Shown here: positions 57,363 through 64,000 of the stretch, one piece after another | Numbering within the stretch: position 1 is the first letter of the stretch | How the letters are laid out: each line of letters begins with the position of its first letter | Origin: Candidatus Omnitrophota bacterium | GTDB lineage: Bacteria > Omnitrophota > Gorgyraeia > Zapsychrales > Fredricksoniimonadaceae | Assembly: GCA_030650275.1 (NCBI GenBank) | Contig: JAUSEK010000023.1 | Coordinates: 34,189 to 98,188 of the forward strand | Length of the DNA: 64,000 nt | Direction: 5' to 3' | The notes under the pieces: model-generated | What the model was told of the DNA's origin: nothing | Database searches by the model: none | The model's input: the letters and a program-made list of their open reading frames with translations, nothing else | Position numbers and translations under genes: made by a program

Positions 57363-58268
57363 ATGTTACGGTTTTCTAAAAAGCGTCAGAACCAATTGAT
57401 CAACGGGTCTCTGCGGTCGGTCAAGTGGGCCATGAAGGTCCTGCCCAGGGGACTGATCGAGTTTTTTGTGAAAGGCCTGTTTTCCGTCGCCTCTTTAGGG
57501 ACCAAAAGATTGAAGGAGATCTGCGTCAGGAATTTACAATTGGTCTATGGGAACTCCAAGAACGAGGCGCAATATAAAGCAATAGCCGAAAAATACCTTA
57601 GGTCCATCGGCTATTCCATGATGGACCTTCTTTACTATGTTGACCGGCCCAAAGAGTTGTCAAAGATCGTGCATTTTGAACATGAAGACCATTTGAAGAA
57701 GGCCCTTGAGTCAGGTCAGGGCGTTATTGCCGTATCCGCCCACATGAGCAATTTCCCTTTGATGTTCGTTTCTCTGGTCCAAAAAGGGTATAAGGTCAAT
57801 GTGATCATCCGCACCATGCGCGACGAGAACTTCAGTCAATTTATGTATCATTTGTGCGGTCAATGGGACATCCATATGATCCAGACCTCCCCAAGAAAGG
57901 AATTTTTAAGAGACAGTTTGGGGGCTTTACAGCGCAATGAGCTGTTGTTCATCCTCCTGGACGAAGTGGTTGCCAAAGAAAACGGTATTCAGGTAAAATT
58001 TCTCGGCCGTGAGGTCACGAGGGCAACGGGGCCGGTCTTATTTCTTCAGCGGACGGGCTCGCCCATCCTGCCGATGTTCATCGCGCAAGACGAGCAAAAA
58101 CATTTTAAGATTTTCATTGAACAGCCGTTTAAGGTCCACGGGGAAGGCGGCAAACAGGAAAATATGCTCAAGAACATTACGGGGCTGACAAATATCATTG
58201 AGGGTTTTGTTAAACAATATCCTCTGCAGTGGGGCGGTTGGCTTAATAAAAGATGGGCTTTGGAATAG
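57363..58268 (+). CDS. LpxL/HtrB-family lysophospholipid (lipid A) acyltransferase
   Basis: Lip_A_acyltrans-like layout with HxxxxD-type box SAHMSNFP. Confidence 0.55.
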   Translation: MLRFSKKRQNQLINGSLRSVKWAMKVLPRGLIEFFVKGLFSVASLGTKRLKEICVRNLQLVYGNSKNEAQYKAIAEKYLRSIGYSMMDLLYYVDRPKELSKIVHFEHEDHLKKALESGQGVIAVSAHMSNFPLMFVSLVQKGYKVNVIIRTMRDENFSQFMYHLCGQWDIHMIQTSPRKEFLRDSLGALQRNELLFILLDEVVAKENGIQVKFLGREVTRATGPVLFLQRTGSPILPMFIAQDEQKHFKIFIEQPFKVHGEGGKQENMLKNITGLTNIIEGFVKQYPLQWGGWLNKRWALE

Positions 58269-58285
58269 CACTCAAGGGGGGACCG

Positions 58286-58966
58286 ATGCGAAGGATCGTA
58301 TTATATTTTTTGTTTTATTTTTGTATTCCCGGCTTGAGTTACGCGGCGCCGTGTTATGGCCCCAAAATGCCCGAACAGAAACAATTTTTTCTGGGGCTTC
58401 AAACATATTCGGTTTTTAACCGGTCTTTGGGAACGGACTATGGAAAAGTGAGCAGCCTTCAGGAATTCTTTCTGATCTCATACGGGGTCTTTGATTGGCT
58501 TTCTCTGGACATGAAAGGCGGGGCGGGAAACATAAAACAGCGTTCCGGGGTGGGCGGTGATATGAATTACCCCGCTTTTTTAGGGGGCGGGTATGGTTTT
58601 CGCCTCAAGCTTTATGACCGTGAAGCGTCAAAAATGGTTTTCGGGTTCCAGCACATCAGCATCCACCCGCAGACGGTATCCGTGGGCGCTTCAAAGAACA
58701 AGGCCGTATTGGATGACTGGCAATTTTCTTTCTTAGTGTCCCATGACGTTTTCAACGTCACGCCTTATGTGGGGACGCGGTGGTCCTGGATGAATAAGAT
58801 CCACTGGACCGATGGTGAGAGAAAGCTGGAAAAGTCGGACCTGAATAAAAGCGTGGGGTTGATCGCCGGAGTTGATATTCCCTTGAGCAAAAAGACATGG
58901 CTTAATGTGGAAGGTCAATTTTTTGACGCGACAGCCCTGGCCGGAAGCATCAATGTCGCTTTTTGA
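58286..58966 (+). CDS. outer-membrane beta-barrel protein
   Basis: Signal peptide (ATG 58286); alternating amphipathic beta strands; C-terminal aromatic ...INVAF. Confidence 0.5.
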   Translation: MRRIVLYFLFYFCIPGLSYAAPCYGPKMPEQKQFFLGLQTYSVFNRSLGTDYGKVSSLQEFFLISYGVFDWLSLDMKGGAGNIKQRSGVGGDMNYPAFLGGGYGFRLKLYDREASKMVFGFQHISIHPQTVSVGASKNKAVLDDWQFSFLVSHDVFNVTPYVGTRWSWMNKIHWTDGERKLEKSDLNKSVGLIAGVDIPLSKKTWLNVEGQFFDATALAGSINVAF

Positions 58967-59078
58967 CATCGCAAAGGGTTTTCTTGTTTTAACGGGGAAG
59001 ATGTGTTACAGTAGCTTTGGAAGTAGGATCAACAATGGGTACCTCTTTTAAAGGGGGTATCACTAAAACGGAGGCAAC

Positions 59079-59240
59079 ATGGCTTTTCAAGGTGGTGGGT
59101 ACGACAGAGGTCCAAGAGAGATGCACAAGGCAGTTTGCGCGGATTGCAAAAAAGAGTGTGAAGTTCCTTTCAAGCCCAGAGAAGACCGTCCGGTCTATTG
59201 CAAGGAATGTTTCTCAAAGCACAAGGACAGCGGTCGTTAA
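59079..59240 (+). CDS. small zinc-ribbon protein (CxxC-x17-CxxC, zf-trcl-like), 53 aa
   Basis: SD GGAGG 4 nt before ATG 59079; MAFQGGGYDRGPREMHKAVCADCKKECEVPFKPREDRPVYCKECFSKHKDSGR; followed by a terminator; conflicts with the +1-frame table ORF 59017..59247. Confidence 0.5.
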   Translation: MAFQGGGYDRGPREMHKAVCADCKKECEVPFKPREDRPVYCKECFSKHKDSGR

Positions 59241-59263
59241 AAGATAGCAAAGTTTCTTGATCT

Positions 59264-59306
59264 AAACCCCCTTGCAGTTAAAAAACTGCGGGGGGTTTTT
59301 GTTTTT
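59264..59306 (+). terminator. rho-independent terminator (CCCCCTTGCAG-loop-CTGCGGGGGG then TTTTTGTTTTT)
   Basis: GC stem with one internal mismatch followed by a U-tract, read directly. Confidence 0.65.
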
Positions 59307-59322
59307 CGGGGTATAATGCGGC

Positions 59323-60840
59323 ATGAATAAAACAGAAATACAGGCATGCATCGCATTGCTTGAAGATCTGGTCGCTCACAGCATTGAGCTGGCCCATTTA
59401 TCTGATGAACAAAGGATCGCCCTTCTGAAGGCGGCGGGGCAGATCTCCCGTCCGGACCGGGAGGAAATTCGAAAAAGAATAAGGGACAGGGCCCGGCTTA
59501 AACGCCAGAAGATCGATCACCATGAACGGACTGCCCGGGCCCGCACCGGCATCCGCTCTGCCCGTAAGGACGCTGTATTCACGGCCCCTGAACAGATCAC
59601 GCATGCCCGCGCCCAAGAGGTATCCAAGGCCCTTGAACTGATCAATCCGCGCGCCTGCTATATCTGCAAGAGTGAGTTTACGCGGCTGCATTTCTTTTAT
59701 GACGCGCTGTGTCCGGGCTGCGCGCAGTTGAACTACTCCAAACGCTTTCAGACGGCTTCTCTTAAAGGCCAGGTCGCGTTGATCACGGGGTCGCGCTTGA
59801 AGATCGGCTATCAGGCGGCGCTGATGATGTTGCGCGCCGGGGCCCACGTGATCGCCACCACGCGATTCCCGGTGGATGCAGCACTTCGCTATTGCCGTGA
59901 AAAAGATTTCCACCAGTGGGGCGGGCGCCTGCATATTTATGGATTAGACCTGCGGCATACGCCCAGCGTGGAACTTTTCTGTAACTATGTGGAACAAAAA
60001 TATGCCCGCCTGGACCTGCTGATCAATAACGCGGCGCAAACGGTCCGCAGGCCGCCGGGTTTTTACGCGCATCTCATGGCGAATGAAACCCTCCATTTTG
60101 AAGAATTGCCCCCGGACGTTCAGCCGCTGCTTCGTCCTTTTGAGGAATGTAAAGTCAGGTTGATACCGAGCGTCCGATCCACAGGATCATCGGTGCCCAC
60201 ACTCGCCTGGAATGGAACAATGCCCGGCATCGGGCTAAGCGCGTCAGCCAAGCTTTCCCAGGTCCCGTATACGCACGACCATGCCCTGCCGCTGGAAAAA
60301 GTTTTTCCTAAAGGACGGTTGGACGCGGACCTGCAGCAGGTGGACCTGCGGCAAACCAACAGCTGGCGGCTGGGACTGGGGGAGATCCCCACCGCGGAGA
60401 TGATCGAACTCCAGCTGGTCAATGCCATAGCGCCTTTTGTTTTGTGCAATAAATTGTCAACCATGATGAAGCGCGAGAATACCGGGCAAAAACATATTGT
60501 GAACGTATCCGCCATGGAAGGAAAGTTCCACCGCTATACAAAAACAGACCGTCATCCGCACACCAATATGGCTAAAGCGGCTTTGAATATGCTGACCCAT
60601 ACGTCGGCCAGCGATCTGGTCAAATACGGGATCTACATGAATGCCGTGGACACCGGATGGGTCACTGACGAAGACCCCATGGCTTTAGCCATGCGCAAAC
60701 AGGAGAACCATGATTTTCAGCCCCCTTTGGACATCGTGGATGGAGCGGCCCGGGTCTGCGACCCGTTCTTTCACGGCATTCTGACGGGGACGCATTGGTG
60801 CGGCAGGTTTCTCAAGGATTATTATCCGGTTGACTGGTGA
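59323..60840 (+). CDS. short-chain dehydrogenase/reductase with ~170-aa N-terminal extension containing a CxxC...CxxC zinc-finger-like motif
   Basis: SDR Rossmann motif [13 protein letters not shown]; catalytic [14 protein letters not shown] (YxxxK); N-terminal CYICKSEF...CPGCAQ. Confidence 0.6.
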   Translation: MNKTEIQACIALLEDLVAHSIELAHLSDEQRIALLKAAGQISRPDREEIRKRIRDRARLKRQKIDHHERTARARTGIRSARKDAVFTAPEQITHARAQEVSKALELINPRACYICKSEFTRLHFFYDALCPGCAQLNYSKRFQTASLKGQVALITGSRLKIGYQAALMMLRAGAHVIATTRFPVDAALRYCREKDFHQWGGRLHIYGLDLRHTPSVELFCNYVEQKYARLDLLINNAAQTVRRPPGFYAHLMANETLHFEELPPDVQPLLRPFEECKVRLIPSVRSTGSSVPTLAWNGTMPGIGLSASAKLSQVPYTHDHALPLEKVFPKGRLDADLQQVDLRQTNSWRLGLGEIPTAEMIELQLVNAIAPFVLCNKLSTMMKRENTGQKHIVNVSAMEGKFHRYTKTDRHPHTNMAKAALNMLTHTSASDLVKYGIYMNAVDTGWVTDEDPMALAMRKQENHDFQPPLDIVDGAARVCDPFFHGILTGTHWCGRFLKDYYPVDW

Positions 60841-60914
60841 GCAAGAAAGTTTACTAATAAGCCGCAAATAGAGTTATAATGATTGTCAATGATCGCAAGG
60901 GCACAAGGAGCACT

Positions 60915-61205
60915 ATGAGCGTTGAAAAAGAGATCGATATCCGCATCCACAGGAGCGGCACGGGCTATCCCGGATGGTATGTGGGGATTGCGGCCAATCC
61001 GCGCAAACGGTTATTTGAAGGCCATAATGTCAGTGAGCGCAGCGGGGCATGGCTTCACCGGGATGCCGGTTCAGAATTGATGGCCAAGGCCATTGAGACC
61101 ATTTTTATGAAGAAGGGCTGTAAAGGCGGGCCCGGCGGTGGAAATAGTCCGCACCATGTCTATGCTTATAGAATGACGCGAACAACACGGGGGAGTCAGG
61201 GTTAA
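60915..61205 (+). CDS. hypothetical conserved small protein
   Basis: ORF 60879..61205; GYPGWYVGIAANPRKRLFEGHNVSE region looks like a conserved core; no family assignable. Confidence 0.3.
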   Translation: MSVEKEIDIRIHRSGTGYPGWYVGIAANPRKRLFEGHNVSERSGAWLHRDAGSELMAKAIETIFMKKGCKGGPGGGNSPHHVYAYRMTRTTRGSQG

Positions 61206-61219
61206 AGGGAGGTATTGAG

Positions 61220-61498
61220 ATGGCAAAATTTTTGATGTTGGGCAAGTATTCCGTGCAAGGGGTCCAAGGGATTGCGGCAGAACGCACGAAGAAAGTGGTG
61301 GATATCATTCAAAAGTCCGGCGGCAAAGTCAACGCGATGTACGCGTTATTGGGCTGCCATGACGCGGCCCTGGTCGTTGATTTTCCAGGCAATACCGATG
61401 CCATGAAGGCCTCCATTGCCATAACGAAATTGACCGCCATTGGGTTCACCACTTACCCGGCACTACCCATTGAGGAATTTGACAAGATCTTAGGATAA
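61220..61498 (+). CDS. GYD-domain protein
   Basis: 92 aa with GYD-family beta-alpha-beta layout (MAKFLMLGKYS...). Confidence 0.6.
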   Translation: MAKFLMLGKYSVQGVQGIAAERTKKVVDIIQKSGGKVNAMYALLGCHDAALVVDFPGNTDAMKASIAITKLTAIGFTTYPALPIEEFDKILG

Positions 61499-61527
61499 AG
61501 CAGGGCCGGTCACGCTGCAAAAACTTA

Positions 61528-61597
61528 GTGACAATTGTTTTGCGCGCGGTAGAATACAGACGCAGGAGAACCAGAGATACATTCTCTGGTTTTTTTA
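61528..61597 (+). promoter_or_regulatory. candidate promoter (GTGACA-16nt-TAGAAT) then a leader hairpin CCAGAGA-TACATT-CTCTGG plus U8 run ending 12 nt before the permease ATG
   Basis: Read directly; terminator-like structure inside a 5' leader. Confidence 0.4.
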
Positions 61598-61609
61598 TTG
61601 GAGCCCAAT

Positions 61610-63565
61610 ATGTTTAGCGCGTTAAGGAACTTGATCATCGGCAGGCCGAAAAACCCGCAGGACCGGCGCGTATTCCATAGCCTGTCCCTGATCGCTTTCT
61701 TTGCCTGGGTGGGCTTGGGCGCGGACGGTTTGTCTTCCTCGTCTTATGGTCCGGAAGAAGCGTTTTTGGCTTTAGGCGAGCACAGGTATCTGGGTATTTT
61801 CGTGGCCTTTTTGACCGCCGCCACCGTCTTTTTGATCAGCGCCGGCTATTCACAGATCATCGAGCTTTTTCCAGGCGGCGGGGGCGGGTATCTGGTGGCC
61901 AGCAAATTGCTTAACCCAACGCTGGGCATGATCTCCGGATGCGCGCTTTTGATCGATTATGTTCTGACCATTTCCATTTCCATCGCCAGCGGAACGGACG
62001 CGCTGTTCAGCTTTTTGCCTGCAGGACTTCACGAGCCGAAACTCATTGTCGCCACGGCCGGCGTTATTCTGCTGATGGTCATGAACATGCGCGGGGTCAA
62101 AGAATCTGTTGTCCTCTTGACACCCATTTTCCTCATTTTTATTTTTACCCATTTTTTTGCCGTTGTCCATGCCTTCATGACCCACAGCGGACAAATTCCC
62201 TCCATGATGACGGCCGGGAACGCGGACATTGCCAATCTGCATGGTCAGGTCGGCACGTTCGGCATCCTGTTTTTGATCCTGCGCGCCTACAGCTTGGGCG
62301 CGGGAACGTTCACCGGGATTGAGTCGGTCAGCAACGGCATGCCTCTTTTAAGGGAACCCAAGGTTGCCACCGGCAAAAGGACCATGCTGTACATGTCTTT
62401 CTCGCTGGCATTCACCGTCTTCGGGTTGATGGTCGCCTATTTGCTTCTGGACGTGCACAAAGACCCGCACAAGACATTGAACGCCACGCTTTTCGAAGGA
62501 TTGACCGGTTCATGGCCCCAGCCGTGGGGGCACGCGTTTGTCCTGCTGACCCTGGTATCGGAAGCTGCGCTGCTCTTCGTGGCCGCGCAAGCCGGGTTCT
62601 TAAGCGGGCCGCGGGTTTTAGCCAACATGGCCATGGACCGCTGGATGCCGACGAGTTTTGCGGCTTTGAGCGACCGGCTGGTCACCCAGAACGGGGTGAT
62701 CCTGATGGGCGCCATGGCCCTGGCGACCCTGATATTGACCAAGGGATCGGTCAAGACCCTGGTCATCCTTTACAGTATCAATGTTTTTATCACTTTTTGT
62801 TTGTCGCAGGCGGGGATGGTGCGCCATTGGTGGCAGGTCCGGCGCGAGCAAAGGAACTGGTGGAAAAAAATGCTCATCAACGGCCCGGGTTTCGTGGCCA
62901 CGACGTTCATCCTTTGCGCCGTCGTTATTTTGAAATTCCATGAGGGCGGATGGGTGACGCTGTTGATCACGGGCATTTTGGCGGTATTTGCCGGCATCAT
63001 CAAGAGTCATTATCGGGACACGATCAGGATGCTCAAACGTTTGGACCCGCTGGTGGAGATCGCCGCGGGCATTCCCCAAGGCCAGGGTTCGTCGGCGCAG
63101 CCGGATCCCACGGGCAAGACCGCGGTGATCCTGGTCAACGGTTTTAACGGACTGGGGCTTCACACCATGATGGCGGTGGCCAGGTATTTCGGCACCTCTT
63201 TCAAGAATTACGTTTTCATCCAGGTGGGGGTGGTTGACGCCGGTAATTTCAAAGGGGCCCAGGAGATGGAGAGGCTTGAGGCCTCGGTCCGCAACGACCT
63301 CGGCCGCTATGTCCAGTTCATGCGCCATAACGGCTATTATTCGCAAAGTTATTATGCCACGGGTACGGACGTTACGCTGGAAGTGGAGGGCCTGGCCAAG
63401 GAGGTTATGGCCAAGTATCCGGACTGCGTGTTTTTCGGCGGGCAACTGGTTTTCCCGCACGAAACGTTCATGACCCGGCTTTTGCACAACCACACGGTTT
63501 TTACCATCCAGAAACGGCTGTATCCTCAAGGCATCCCGTTCATGGTCCTGCCCGTGCGGGTGTAG
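61610..63565 (+). CDS. APC-superfamily amino-acid permease with ~200-aa cytoplasmic C-terminal domain
   Basis: 12 TM helices; ATG 61610 (table start 61598 is TTG inside the U-run). Confidence 0.75.
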   Translation: MFSALRNLIIGRPKNPQDRRVFHSLSLIAFFAWVGLGADGLSSSSYGPEEAFLALGEHRYLGIFVAFLTAATVFLISAGYSQIIELFPGGGGGYLVASKLLNPTLGMISGCALLIDYVLTISISIASGTDALFSFLPAGLHEPKLIVATAGVILLMVMNMRGVKESVVLLTPIFLIFIFTHFFAVVHAFMTHSGQIPSMMTAGNADIANLHGQVGTFGILFLILRAYSLGAGTFTGIESVSNGMPLLREPKVATGKRTMLYMSFSLAFTVFGLMVAYLLLDVHKDPHKTLNATLFEGLTGSWPQPWGHAFVLLTLVSEAALLFVAAQAGFLSGPRVLANMAMDRWMPTSFAALSDRLVTQNGVILMGAMALATLILTKGSVKTLVILYSINVFITFCLSQAGMVRHWWQVRREQRNWWKKMLINGPGFVATTFILCAVVILKFHEGGWVTLLITGILAVFAGIIKSHYRDTIRMLKRLDPLVEIAAGIPQGQGSSAQPDPTGKTAVILVNGFNGLGLHTMMAVARYFGTSFKNYVFIQVGVVDAGNFKGAQEMERLEASVRNDLGRYVQFMRHNGYYSQSYYATGTDVTLEVEGLAKEVMAKYPDCVFFGGQLVFPHETFMTRLLHNHTVFTIQKRLYPQGIPFMVLPVRV

Positions 63566-63628
63566 GTTTTAGGGAACCAGCGCCCCCCTTGCGTTGACAA
63601 ATCTTGGTAACTATGTTAGATTTACCCG

Positions 63629-64000
63629 ATGATATTCCGGCGCCAGGTTGCTCTGCTCCTGTTATTTTTCTTTGCTTTTTCCCCCTTCAGCCATGCCGTC
63701 TGGATCTGGACGCCCGAAACAGGCAAGTTCATCAATCCCAAAATGTCGGTCAAGTCCACTCCGAAGGAGCAGTTGGAATTTTCCCGTTCTTTGATGGAGA
63801 GCAAGAAATATCCCGAGGCGCTCTCTGAATTCAAGAAACTCATCCGTCATTATCCCCGCGCCAAGGAAGCCCCCGAGGCCCAGTATTACATCGGCCAGAT
63901 CCACGAAGAATTGAATAAGCCCTATGAGGCCTATAGGGCCTATCAGGTCGTCATTGATAAATACCCTTTCAGCGAGCGCGCCGGCGAGATCGTCCAACTG
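63629..64000 (+). CDS. TPR/YbgF-like secreted or lipoprotein, 3'-truncated at window edge (absent from ORF track)
   Basis: ATG 63629; signal peptide MIFRRQVALLLLFFFAFSPFSHA then TPR-like helices; open to window end. Confidence 0.5.
   Translation, partial: MIFRRQVALLLLFFFAFSPFSHAVWIWTPETGKFINPKMSVKSTPKEQLEFSRSLMESKKYPEALSEFKKLIRHYPRAKEAPEAQYYIGQIHEELNKPYEAYRAYQVVIDKYPFSERAGEIVQL

Noticed and set aside
59017-59247. 76-aa ORF from the track
   Set aside because: It competes with a +1-frame 53-aa zinc-ribbon ORF that has a strong SD, cysteine motifs and a terminator. The 76-aa frame has no features, but it cannot be fully excluded.
62618-63529. 303-aa minus-strand ORF
   Set aside because: It is antisense to the APC permease, which has clear TM periodicity on the + strand.
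1-64000. CRISPR arrays, rRNA genes, transposases/integrases, prophage
   Set aside because: No regularly spaced direct repeats, no rRNA-like conserved stretches, and no transposase or integrase-like ORFs were seen on either strand.

Overview
This is a gene-dense bacterial chromosomal segment of about 58-60% GC, coded mostly on the + strand, with many overlapping start/stop junctions. Housekeeping operons (era-nth, rpsU-purH-folC-mnmE, mnmG-cysK, murI-queD-queC-queE-queF-rdgB, ptsP, and tRNA-Pro/Arg/His) alternate with accessory loci.

Accessory loci:
- 14.3-24.7 kb: two PilZ proteins, a GH94-like glycoside phosphorylase, a GPH symporter, an ABC sugar importer and a secreted GH-A glycosidase.
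- 24.8-31.2 kb: secreted proteins with a LacI regulator. They include a 1146-aa protein with a reiterated [AP]PD[RQ]AM motif and an in-frame hairpin-repeat insertion, proteins sharing a new ~125-aa WDPxGxFW domain, and a CBM-like protein.
- 36.2-38.3 kb: an AT-rich AbiEi/AbiEii island.
- 51.5-52.5 kb: a tRNA-Arg(UCU) gene split by a 197-nt Azoarcus-like group I intron, a free-standing PD-(D/E)xK nuclease-like ORF and tRNA-His, followed by a lower-GC block of accessory genes.

Other notable structures are ~80-bp inverted repeats bracketing queE, a three-member hairpin-repeat family, an unannotated rpsU with a consensus sigma70 promoter, and a split MgtE-sensor/NRAMP pair. Many long antisense ORFs in the track are high-GC artefacts.
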